Source: Tubiluchus corallicola
Taxonomy: Eukaryota > Animalia > Priapulida
Assembly (NCBI GenBank): GCA_030141605.1
Contig: JAQGDQ010001599.1
Location: 1-32,997, forward strand
Length of the DNA stretch: 32,997 nt
Direction: 5' to 3'
In this document: piece after piece, positions 10,420-21,402 of the stretch
Layout of the letters: each line of letters starts with the position of its first letter
How positions within the stretch are numbered: position 1 is the stretch's first letter
Notes under the pieces: model-generated
What the model saw: only the letters and a program-made list of their open reading frames with translations
Told to the model about the DNA's origin: nothing
Database searches by the model: none
Translations under genes and position numbers: made by a program

Positions 10420-11110
10420 AATTGCGTCCAGTGCATATTAAAAAAAAACTAAAGTGCAAAACTATATACAATAAATGAACATATTTACAAACACAATATT
10501 AAAATATTGTTATAAAACAATATTACAAAAGTTCATTAAATTTTACATGACATATTTTACACTATATATACATTTGACATGACACAATTAACAGAAACAT
10601 GCTTTACATTACATAATTTTTTTTAAAAATTTCATTTTTAATCGTTTTATGGAGTCAGGGGCGGGGGTAGATGAAAGTTGAGTCTGTGTAATTAGTATCA
10701 GATGCACAATGTGGAAGTTGAAAACTGTTATATTGATATTCTTTTAATTTCTTTTTAAAGTGGTGGAGAGATTCTATTTGCTTTATTACACTGGGTAGTA
10801 AGTTCCATAAATGTAAGGCCTGTTTTGATATAGAGTTGTTTCCAAATTTATGGTTTAGTGTAATTTGCTTTACATTGTATGTTCTATTGTTTAAAGTGGT
10901 ATCAGGAATGAATGCTAAGGGATCGTTTATAAATGGAATGCTCAGTTTATTGATATATTTATATAGAAATATCAGTGTTTTGTAATCTCGATAGGCTTCT
11001 AATATTTTCACCTATCTGCTATTTTGTGCAAAATGTTTTTGTTGGGCATTCGTTTGTTTATTATTATTGTTTATTATAGGCGCAGCTTGTTTTGGATAAG
11101 CCAATACTAT
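10420..11110 (-). mobile_element. LINE 3' fragment (CR1/L2-like ORF2 C-terminus plus 3' UTR)
   Basis: ORF 10655-11011 contains LIFLYK...NSISKQALHLWNLLPSVIKQIESLHHFKKKLK, the typical LINE ORF2 C-terminal LWNxLP...FKxxLK motif. Confidence 0.8.
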
Positions 11111-11113
11111 TGT

Positions 11114-11263
11114 ACCTTTACTGATCGGATCTTTTGTCATCCGAACTTCAGTGAGAAATTTAGTCAAAGGAAACATCAAAGAATATTGCACCTTTCCTGA
11201 TCGGATCTTTTGTCATCCGAACTTCAGTGAAAAATTTAGTCAAAGGAAACATCAAAGAATATT
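11114..11263. repeat. 76-bp tandem duplication (2 copies)
   Basis: Copies start at 11114 and 11190 and differ at about 2 positions. Each has a TCGGAT-N8-ATCCGA hairpin. Confidence 0.95.
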
Positions 11264-11656
11264 TGGCTTCCTTTTACTTGCACGATTGATGCGTCAAACC
11301 CACAATATCCATCGCTAGATGCCGTGTTCACAGTAATCATGAGTCCCTAACAATTGAAAAAAACCCAAGGTGTAGACGTAAGAGATCTTGTAACCCTAGT
11401 AAGAGATGTTGGTTTGTTGCGCGCGCAAAACAGCCAAAAGTTTATATATTGGTGCCCGAAGTTCGTGTCGCCTCCAATAGCTCACAGTTACTTTTCATGA
11501 TTACGAGTGAAACCAGGTGATTTGTAAAGATTCTTCATGAAATGGTGTTAAGTAAGTTATAACAAATTATTTTTTACCTACATAAATATATTCCTTATTT
11601 ATAAACACATTGTAATTTTAATTCGCAAATGTGTCGTGTGTTCTACAAACCTCTTG

Positions 11657-11899
11657 CTCTCCCCCTCTCTCTTCATTTCTTTCTCTCTCTCTTTCTCTCT
11701 CTTTCTGTCTCTCCCTTCTCTCTTCATTTCTGTCTTTCTCTCTCTCTCCATTTCTTTCTCTCTTTCTCTCTCTTTCTCCCTCTCTCTCTCCCTCTCTCTT
11801 CATTTATTTTTCTCTGTCTCTTTCTCCCTGTTTCTCTCTTTCTCTCTCTCTTTCTTTTTCTCCCTCCATTTCTTTCTCTCTTTCTCTTCCTCTTTCTCC

Positions 11900-11930
<31 letters not shown>

Positions 11931-12065
11931 CATTTCTCTTTCTCTCTCTCTTTCTTCATTCCTTTCACTCTCTCTTTTTCTCTCTCTCCGTCTCTCTTAA
12001 TTTCTCTCTCTCTCTATCCATTTCTTTCTCTCTTTCTCTTTCTCTCTCTCCTTTTCTCTCTTTTT
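11657..12065. repeat. About 410-bp degenerate (CT)n polypyrimidine tract
   Basis: Almost purely C/T on the + strand; accounts for the L/S/F and E/R/K ORFs in the track. Confidence 0.97.
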
Positions 12066-12213
12066 GCGCATAATACTTCATGATTCGAAATTCTAAATGC
12101 AATAAATCTTGCAGGAAGTGTTATAACAAATACACATTTAAACTAGGTAAACAATTCTTTTCAGATTAAAAATAACAACCCAATTTACTCAGTCGTGACA
12201 AGACATCATTTAA

Positions 12214-13242
12214 ATGGAACAACTAGAAGAAATCTTGGAACTTAAAGACAGGGAAGACTTTTCCTCGACGAGCCCAGAGCTAAATAAATCCAACTTTTCA
12301 CAGTTTCTTGATGACGACGAGTTCAACTCGCACTGCAAAAGTGTTTTAGAGCACGATGTTGCTCATTTGATAGGAAATTCTATAAGTTTTTTACTTGGTC
12401 TAAGTATCTTAGTTGGTAACAGTATAATACTGATAACAATTATTTATACACCTTCACTGCATGAAGTACCATTCTACTTCATTGCAAATCTTGCAGTAGC
12501 CGATTCAATGACTGGTTTTGGATTGTTCACTCTCTGTGTAGGATTTCTGCTGGGCCTTCGATGCAAGATGAGTTTTTGCACAGTTGTCATGTGCCTAATG
12601 TGGTTCAACGCCAATGGTTCCATAGTGCTGTACGTTGCTTATTCATTCGAGCGATATCTAGCAATTGTTTACCCATTAGACTATCCTCGGTGGGTCACAC
12701 CAAAAACTGCTAAAATTGTTATAAGTTTTGCGTGGGCGTTTACTGCCATGTATGCAAGTATTGCTGTAACAATGTATTATTTAAGTAAGTATACAGGATT
12801 ATCTTGTTTTCATTTTACTCGATTGTTTGGCAGATTTACCTTATGGTCAAACGGTTTTTTTTATATATCGTTTTTACCAGTTACTGTATTTTGTTATGCT
12901 CGAATAGGATATGTTGCTGCAAAACAACAAAAAGCAATTTCTGCTTTAAACAGCCAAAGTGAACGAAGAGGTGGGGATTTGAAACAAAAAATGAAGATTG
13001 CAAAAGTGCTCGGGATGACGATTATATTGTATTTCGCATTCTGGTTACCCTATCAAACACTGACTCCTCTCAATTATCTTTGCGAGTTTCACAAATTGTG
13101 TTATATTAGAATAACAACACAGATGATAAATTTTACTTTAATTTTAGCTATGAGTAACTCGTTTGTAAACATCTTTGTGTACGCAGGAAAACTGGAATCA
13201 TTTCGACGAGCAATGAAAGCTGTTATCTTTCGTAGGCATTAA
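12214..13242 (+). CDS. Rhodopsin-like (class A) GPCR, orphan, single coding exon, 342 aa
   Basis: Seven hydrophobic segments; TM1 GN, TM2 NLAVAD, TM3 ERYLAIVYPL, TM4 W, TM5 FCYARI, TM6 FWLPY, TM7 NSFVNIFVY, helix 8 FRRAMK. Acceptor ttcttttcAG ends at 12164 upstream and AATAAA is at 13274. Confidence 0.96.
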   Translation: MEQLEEILELKDREDFSSTSPELNKSNFSQFLDDDEFNSHCKSVLEHDVAHLIGNSISFLLGLSILVGNSIILITIIYTPSLHEVPFYFIANLAVADSMTGFGLFTLCVGFLLGLRCKMSFCTVVMCLMWFNANGSIVLYVAYSFERYLAIVYPLDYPRWVTPKTAKIVISFAWAFTAMYASIAVTMYYLSKYTGLSCFHFTRLFGRFTLWSNGFFYISFLPVTVFCYARIGYVAAKQQKAISALNSQSERRGGDLKQKMKIAKVLGMTIILYFAFWLPYQTLTPLNYLCEFHKLCYIRITTQMINFTLILAMSNSFVNIFVYAGKLESFRRAMKAVIFRRH

Positions 13243-13690
13243 TCAGTATTTCATACCGATTATATTATATCTGAATAAAACGATAGCATGGTAGGATAGC
13301 TCAAGAGATTTTTAACAAATGGATTTGTCAAAAAACACTGAATTATCAAATATGCTTTTCCTCAAAAAATTATGTTTTTTCATATTAAGACGTTTCAAAA
13401 GGTGTTATTTGAAATACTGTTATTACGTAGCTGTACGTACCTTACGTGCACAGCTTGCTTGTATTAATATTGCCTCTAACATTTCCACTGTATTATGAAT
13501 GATACATTGACAAGCTTAAATCCTTCCTATATTACTCCCACCATATTTTTAAGAACCATTACTGACATTTATATTACTTATTTGTATTATAGTCATAAAG
13601 CAAACAAGTTGAATTATACTCGTCGTTGCTACATTTACCGTAATGCACTCTGCTGTCTGAAATAAATCGAACTGAACTGAATTGTTTTCT

Positions 13691-13790
13691 GAGTTTGAAA
13701 GTTGTATGTGTACAAACAGATCCACTAGGAAACTGTTGTTGCGATGGGTCCCCTTTGGATCCTGTCTTGGCTGATGTTTTTATGACTCAG
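13691..13790 (+). mobile_element. Short frameshifted Penelope-type reverse-transcriptase fragment
   Basis: Allowing small indels it reads EFESCM-YKQI-..VAMG(S)PLDPVLADVFM, the Penelope RT motif YxQxxGxAMGSPLxPxLAxxFM. Confidence 0.8.
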
Positions 13791-14041
13791 TCCTTTCTGA
13801 AATGTAGTTACTAGAAGAGATTTACAATTATTTTTTCATATAATTGTAATTACGTTATTAGCATATTAATGGTTTTCTGTGATCTTCTCTTAAATATAGA
13901 TTCTACAACTAGAAATCGCTTAGTTTAAAGATATCAAAGTTTGCTAAACTAGTTTAAATTAGAAAATTTTAATGTAATGAATTGAAATTTAATGAAATTT
14001 GTTGTAATTTTTGCTTACCAGTTGAGCTGCAGTTACACGTA

Positions 14042-14157
<116 letters not shown>

Positions 14158-14189
14158 GCCAAACCACGCAAAAAGAATTTTGCACTGAA

Positions 14190-14540
14190 CTCGCAACAAC
14201 AACTCACACCACACTACGCCCGCATAACCACCCACCTCCCTGCTCACAACACACCACCCGCACCACATCACACCACACCACACGTCCCACACCAATCAGC
14301 AATATCACTCCACCCACAACACAACACAACACACACACACCACACTACATCAACACCGCCAACACCCTACCATTTTATCTGCACCATATCACCCATACCA
14401 CACCATCAATACCTCACCACACCACCCAGACTACACCACTCCACAAACACCACACACATCCTACCACCCCACCACATTATCCACTACACAACGACCACAG
14501 CACGCTCACCACACCAACCACATCAAATCCACAACATCAC
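14190..14540. repeat. C/A-rich low-complexity tract (degenerate CACCA repeats)
   Basis: Strong C+A skew with recurring CACCA/CACAC. Confidence 0.85.
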
Positions 14541-14763
14541 ATGGTGATTTTATTGTTAAAGACGATGATGATGTGACGCCAACGATGACGATACCTACAG
14601 CACCAACATCAACAGTACAGCATCACAGCGAAGCCATTCAATACATTTTGCACAAAGTAGAAACAGTGTGCTACAGCGAATGCTCTTAAACCTATCTATC
14701 AATGATCAATAATGCGTGGACATTCAACATAGTTTTGTTTGCTGCTTCTCAGTTGGTAATAGA

Positions 14764-14919
14764 CTAACACAACTCATTTATATGTACAATCTATAACACT
14801 GTAGAACGACGGGTGGAGACAATGCCTGGAACAGCCGCATAATTTCTCAAACTCAAAGACAATTGATGTTCCAAATAGCATGCAGCAGAGGGAGGTAGAA
14901 AAAGATCTTCGAAATACAC
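14764..14919. repeat. 156-bp segment duplicated at 16584-16731
   Basis: Near-identical direct copy; this copy has an extra 8 nt (ACACTGTA). Confidence 0.95.
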
Positions 14920-16192
14920 CCCTCCCATTTCGTCCAGTATACATCTCTCCTAGGGAAACCAGAAACAGTTTGTAGGCCGTTTCGTCCTCTTTCTGCGAGT
15001 GTGTCTATTTTTTCTTAACTAGCCCAAACAATTGCACAAATTGAGTTTTTCTAGAGGGCGGTTCTGCAAAGTTTCGTGGTTAGAACGCCGTGATATCTAA
15101 ATATGACTATTACGCCCACTGTTGAATGGGCTACGCAACCATTACTGGCACCGCCCTCGGCACGTTCCGGTTCCCTAGAATTAAGAGGTATAAATTTTGC
15201 AAAAAATGGTCAAAAAAGGGCGTTTTTTGGAGGTTTTTTGCCCCGTACTATAACCAGTACAAATACTATATTTCAAGGTCTCCTCAGTTTAATTTGTTAC
15301 TAATAATTAGTTACTTAGTTATATATATATATATATGTCTATTTTTTCGCACAGTTTTTTCTCACTGTGTCGATAGCTTTTGCGATAACTCACTTTTACA
15401 ATAACGGCTATGCAATATGCATGGCACATTACGCTTACAAGATAAAAAGACCAAACAAATGTGAAAAGCCAGCAAAGCTTTCATATCGGATAACAACAAC
15501 CAATTGTTTAATGGGTGGTAAACATTAAAGCATAACACATGTCTAAACATTACCTGCATGCCACGTATATGGTGCGTAATTGAAACCATAAACAATAGGT
15601 TGACCATTAATAAATCAATCAATATAATGCGGTTGAATGAAATAGCTTACATTAGTCATTAAACGTTTAGGCGCCTCAGAGACTATGTATAAACTTTATT
15701 TATTTTGAGTGTATTTACAACAAAGTAACTATTAACTGATCACAGTATTTCCACTATGTGCAGTGAAGAAATATACAATTAGTTAGTTCAAGTATGTAAT
15801 AACTCAAAATAGTTAATTAAAAATACGACTAGTTCATTAGTTGATACTTAATTGAAATTTACAAAACCCATACAACAGATACGGTAATAAAAACGATTCT
15901 CGATGTACATAAGCGTGTAATGTGTAATGTACAATGTTGCTACTACAATTACTGTAGCACTACAGTTATTACAGCAGTACATATAGTTGATTCTTGCATA
16001 AGTTGTTTATTAATGAGTACTTGAAAAGACAGTCCACATAATAACTTATACGTACAATCGTTAACAAAACGTTTAGTGGAGAGTCTATCACCCGAGTACG
16101 CTATTTTGCTGTGTTCCTACCACAAAATGAACGTTAACGTCTACTACGCACTTCTGCCAAGCACTAACTTATGGCAGGGTATACTTGAGCTT

Positions 16193-16297
16193 CAGACGTT
16201 TGGTCCCCAGACAATTGGGCCATGGATACTTGGGCACCAGTATTTGGGCCCAGATAATTTAGGTCAACATCATCCGGGCCCCGGATATTTGGGCCGA
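16193..16297. repeat. About 7 degenerate 15-bp repeats (CRGAYATTTGGGCCC-like), possibly a DNA transposon subterminus
   Basis: TTGGGC/TTGGTC recurs with about 15-bp spacing. Transposon origin is inference. Confidence 0.65.
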
Positions 16298-16547
16298 AAT
16301 TACACATATATATATATATATATAAGGTAATGCAATGATATTCAAAATGGTACGTTGTTTAGCATCTACTGAAAAGCTGATGCAGACGACGTTGATATCA
16401 CGTTGAATACAATCTACTTAAAAAAAAGAAGTTGTCATGAAATTGTGTGTAATCGCTTGATTTGTGATTCTCAAAATTTTCATCTTTTCCGACACGCCAG
16501 TGAGTGTCTTTTTGCGTGTACATAAACACTGTATCTAGTTCTGTATT

Positions 16548-16768
16548 CTTAATCAATTGTTGTCATAAACTGGTTTCACAATGCTAACACAACTTATTTA
16601 TATGTACAATCTATAGAACGACGGGTGGAGACAATGCCTGGAACAGCCCCATAATTTCTCAAACTCAAAGACAATTGATGTTCCAAATAGCGTGCAACAC
16701 AGGGAGGTAGAAAAAGAACTTCGAAATACACTTAATCAATTGTTGTCATAAACTGATTTCACAAAGCT
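16548..16768. repeat. 148-bp copy of 14764-14919 flanked by 38-bp direct repeats
   Basis: CTTAATCAATTGTTGTCATAAACTG(G/A)TTTCACAA(T/A)GCT at 16548-16585 and 16731-16768 (36/38). Confidence 0.93.
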
Positions 16769-17700
16769 GTCACTAAGTTATTACATTTATTTAACTATTA
16801 ATAACGTCGTCGTCATATCAACACAATCATTCTCAGGAACAAAAATGTAAATGGGTCGATAAAATTAAACGTACATTACATTGTATTGGTACTTCCAAAA
16901 AAATTATTGCCTTAAACATCAAAACCATGCTGTACAGCAAAGATTAATAAACACAAACATCTGAGCAATATATAACTGGCATGTGCCTTAAAGAGCACAA
17001 AAATTTCAACATGACAACGAAGTCACAACATACATAGATTAGCGTTACATAGACTATATATAGGTTTCTAAAGATGTCTGACACATGAGTGTTGAGTACA
17101 GCCAAATCATGCGCTTAATGAACATAGGTGACGCTGGTACTCGTAGTGTTTCATAGTTCTGCTGTTGACACATTATAGGAATTTGATAAAGCCATCTCAA
17201 GCATTTATTCCAATAATGGATCTGTGCTCATTAACATTTAGGCAGATGAACTTTCGTATCACAGTTACAACAGTTATAGTATCAGATGATGCCTCAAGGG
17301 CAAGTGAAGATAGTAAAGGCTAGTCTCAAACTAGTAAAATTTCTACAGTAATAAACTACTAGCAGCTCTAATTGTTTGTTTTTGTCTATTGAGAGAATAA
17401 CGATGCAATCTGCTTACAAATAAACAGCAGAAATTACATAACAAACAAGTGAACGAAAAGGGAGATGAAATATGAGAGGGAGTGGTGGAAACCGTCGGGT
17501 AGTGGAACAGTCAGCATGAGGGGTGGGGGTGATTAAATTGAGTGAAGAGGGAGCGTAAAGCAGATGAAGACGATTATATTTCTATCGGTTCAATCGCAGA
17601 AATTATTGTATTAACCTAAATGACAATATAATTTGAAATAAACTTATTCTAGCAATAAAGTTCGATGGGCAAGGAATTAATGCATTTTACTTGATGAAAG

Positions 17701-20408
17701 AGATACAGTCGCTGAGAGTGCAAGGTGGTGCTAAGATACATTCACTATGACTGCAAGGTGCTGCTAAGATACAGTCACTGAGAGTGCAAGGTGCTGCTAA
17801 GATACATTCACTATGACTGCAAGGTGCTGCTAAGATACATTCACTGTGACTGCAAGGTGCTGCTAAGATACATTCACTGTGACTGCAGGGTGTTGCTAAG
17901 ATACATTCACTGTGACTGCAAGGTGCTGCTAAGATACATTCACTGTGACTGCAGGGTGCTGCTAAGATACATTCACTGTGATTGCAGGGTGCTGCTAAGA
18001 TACATTCACTGTGACTGCAAGATGCTGCTAAGATACATTCACTGTGACTGCAAGATGCTGCTAAGATACATTCACTGTGACTGCAAGATGCGGCTAAGAT
18101 ACATTCACTGTGACTGCAAGATGCTGCTAAGATACATTCACTGTGACTGCAAGATGCTGCTAAGATACATTCACTGTGACTGCAAGATGCTGCTAAGATA
18201 CAGTCACTGTGACTGCAAGATGCTGCTGCTAAAATACATTCACTGTGACTGCAAGATGCTGCTAAGATACATTCACTGTGACTGCAAGGTGCTGCTAAGA
18301 TACGTTCACTGTGACTGCAAGATGCTGCTAAGATACATTCACTGTGACTGCAAGATGCTGCTAAGATACATTCACTGTGACTGCAAGATGCTGCTAAAAT
18401 ACATTCATTGTGACTGCAAGGTGCTGCTAAGATACATTCACTGTGACTGCAAGGTGCTGCTAAGATACAGTCACTGTGACTGCAAGATGCTGCTAAGATA
18501 CGTTCACTGCGACTGCAATGTGCTGCTAAGATACAGTCACTGTGAATGCAAGGTGCTGCTAAGATACAGTCACTGTGAATGCAAGCTGCTGCTAAGATAC
18601 ATTCACTGTGACTGCAAGGTGCGGCTAAGATACATTCACTGTGACTACAAGATGCTGCTAAGTTACATTTACTGCGACTGCAATGTGATGCTAAGTTACA
18701 TTCACTGCGACTGCAATGTGCTGCTAAGATACATTCACTGCGACTGCAAGGTGCTGCTAAGATACATTCACTGTGACTGCAAGATGCTGCTAAGATACAT
18801 TCACTATGACTGCAAGGTGCTGCTAAGACACATTCACTATGACGGCAAGGTGCTGCTAAGGTACATTCACTGCGACTGCAAGATGCTGCTAAGATACATT
18901 CACTGTGACTGCAATGTGCTGCTAAGATACATTCGCTGTGACTGCAAGATGCTGCTAACATACGTTCACTGTGACTGCAAGGTGCTGCTAAGACACATTC
19001 ACTATGACTGCAAGGTGCTGCTAAGGTACATTCACTGTGACTGCAAGATGCTGCCAAGGTACATTCACTGTGACTGCAAGGTGCTGCTAAGATACATTCA
19101 CTGTGACTGCAAAGTGCTGCTAAGATACGTTCACTGTGACTGCAAGGTGCTGCTAAGACACATTCACTGTGACTGCAAGATGCTGCTAAGGTACATTCAC
19201 TGTGACTGCAAGATGCTGCCAAGGTACATTCACTGTGACTGCAAGGTGCTGCTAAGATACATTCACTGTGACTGCAAGGTGCTGCTAAGATACAGTCACT
19301 GTGACTGCAAGATGCTGCTAAGGTACATTCACTGTGACTGCAAGATGCTGCTAAGATACGTTCACTGTGACTGCAAGGTGCTGCTAAGACACATTCACTA
19401 TGACTGCAAGATGCTGCTAAGATACATTCACTGTGACTGCAAGGTGCTGCTAAGACACATTCACTATGACTGCAAGATGCTGCTAAGATACATTCACTAT
19501 GACTGCAAAGTGCTGCTAAGATACATTCACTGTGACTGCAAGGTGCTGGTAAGATACATTCACAGTGACTGCAAGATGCTGCTAAGATACATTCACTGTG
19601 ATTGCAATGTGCTGCTAAAATACATTCACTGTGACTGCAAGGTGCTGCTAAGATACAGTCACTGCGACTGCAAGATGCTGCTAAGATACATTCACTGTGA
19701 CTGCAATGTGCTGCTAAAATACATTCACTGTGACTGCAAGGTGCTGCTAAGATACAGTCACTGCGACTGCAAGGTGCTGCTAAGGTACATTCACTGTGAC
19801 TGCAAGATGCTGCTAAGATACATTCACTGTGACTGCAAGGTGCTGCTAAGGTACATTCACTATGACTGCAAGGTGCTGCTAAGGTACATTCACTGCGACT
19901 GCAAGATGCTGGTAAGATACATTCACTGTGATCGCAATGTGCTGCTAAGATACATTCACGGTGACTGCAGGTGCTGCTAAGATACATTCACTGTGACTGC
20001 AAGATGCGGCTAAGATACATTCACTGTGACTGCAAGATGCGGCTAAGATACATTCACTGTGACTGCAAGATGCTGCTAAGATACATTCACTGTGACTGCA
20101 GGTGCTGCTAAGATACATTCACTGTGACTGCAACATGCTGCTAAGGTACATTCACTGTGACTGCAAGATGCGGCTAAGATACATTCACTGTGACTGCAAA
20201 GTGCTGCTAAGATGCATTCACTGTGACTGCAAGATGCTGCTAAGGTACATTCACTGTGACTGCAAGATGCTGCTAAGGTACATTCACTGTGACTGCAAGA
20301 TGCGGCTAAGATACATTCACTGTGACTGCAAAGTACTGCCAAGATGCATTCACTGTGACTGCAAGATGCTGCTAAGGTACATTCACTGTGACTGCAACAT
20401 GCTGCTAA
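17701..20408. repeat. 33-bp tandem array, about 82 copies
   Basis: Consensus CACTGTGACTGCAAG(A/G)TGCTGCTAAGATACATT, giving 11-aa periodicity in the ORFs on both strands. One 36-bp unit (~18225) and two 32-bp units (~19968, ~20100). Confidence 0.98.
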
Positions 20409-21402
20409 CTCGATTTGTACGAATCCAAATTTTACAGAGAAAGATCTTCAAGAATGCGTTTCTAAATTGTGAATCCTTAAGCGAATAAATTATAAAATTA
20501 AAGAGGGAATTCCAGAACAGGATTGCTCCACACTTGGAAAAAATACTACTGTTGTACGCGATACCACAGTGTTCAGGACAAAAGTTATACACCTGGATAA
20601 CTGTGAAAATTGGTAAGTACAGGGCGAAATACAACCCGATGATTGACCCAAAGGCCTTAGCAAGCTTAAGCTGACGCTTGAATTGACCTTGTCCAAATGG
20701 CGCCACAGCAAACTCCACTCTTGCTATAGCTCGGAGATGGCTGCGAGCTATGATGATTATTCTGACGTAACAAAATAACATGCCACATCCGCAAACCATA
20801 TTCACAAGAGAAGTAAGTGAGGATATAATATAGGCCCATGACAGCATAGTTATGGTGCAACGTCCATCAAAATCAATCAGTCCATATGCTAAAGTGATTG
20901 CAAGATCAATAATGAAAGGCATAAACCAAATTAGTCCAAAAACAATAACTGTTTGCAAACGTGTAAGATTAGGAGGAGTGAGGGGACGCAAGAGATGAAT
21001 CAGTCGATCAATACTGATTGCTAGGAGAGTCAATACATTAACTTTACCAGCAAAGGACAAACAAAAGACAATGGCATTGCACATGAAATTACTAAATCTT
21101 GAGAATCTTTGAATGAATAAGAATATAGAACAGATAGCCATCAACCCGTCAGCAACAGCCAAATTACAAAAGAGAAAATAGGAGAGTTCATGGAGTATTG
21201 GAGACGAAACAACTGTGACAATAGTTACAATACTCTCTATTAAAATGAACAATGTAATAATAAACTGAAATGCTGTAGCAACTAACAGTCCACTCGAGCT
21301 TTCCCCAACTTCTACACGTGCTGTAGAATTTTCAAGAGAAGTGGAGAAGTTATCAGTAGAAGCGAGGCTATCGAAAGCATCAGATATCATTCTGGTTGGC
21401 AT
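20383..21402 (-). CDS. Rhodopsin-like (class A) GPCR, orphan, single coding exon, 339 aa from the first ATG
   Basis: TM2 NLAVAD, TM3 SIDRLIHLLRPL, TM4 W, TM5 FCYVRI, TM6 LYLP, TM7 NSLFNFIIY, helix 8 FRNAFLK. First ATG at 21402, with an in-frame TGA at 21423-21421 upstream. Acceptor ttttcctctgttttAG ends at 21550. Confidence 0.94.
   Translation of the reverse strand: MPTRMISDAFDSLASTDNFSTSLENSTARVEVGESSSGLLVATAFQFIITLFILIESIVTIVTVVSSPILHELSYFLFCNLAVADGLMAICSIFLFIQRFSRFSNFMCNAIVFCLSFAGKVNVLTLLAISIDRLIHLLRPLTPPNLTRLQTVIVFGLIWFMPFIIDLAITLAYGLIDFDGRCTITMLSWAYIISSLTSLVNMVCGCGMLFCYVRIIIIARSHLRAIARVEFAVAPFGQGQFKRQLKLAKAFGSIIGLYFALYLPIFTVIQVYNFCPEHCGIAYNSSIFSKCGAILFWNSLFNFIIYSLKDSQFRNAFLKIFLCKIWIRTNRVSSMLQSQ

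Noticed and set aside
11121-11155. Hammerhead-like CTGA...stem...GAA in the 76-bp duplication
   Set aside because: The core reads CTGATC on + or CTGAAGT on -, without a proper CUGANGA/GAAA pair, stem III or cleavage triplet.
11618-12083. Overlapping L/S/F-rich and E/R/K-rich ORFs
   Set aside because: Translations of the (CT)n tract.
17687-19987. 766-aa and 729-aa ORFs as real metallothionein- or keratin-associated-like genes
   Set aside because: They are a by-product of a 33-bp unit lacking stops in those frames: open on both strands, no unique N-terminus or signal peptide, and mostly non-synonymous variation. Not annotated as CDS.
17701-20408. RAG recombination-signal heptamer CACAGTG (and Transib-like CACTATG) in most units of the 33-bp array
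   Set aside because: No ACAAAAACC-like nonamer at 12 or 23 bp and no RAG/Transib coding sequence in the window; one 7-mer amplified with the repeat is enough to explain it.
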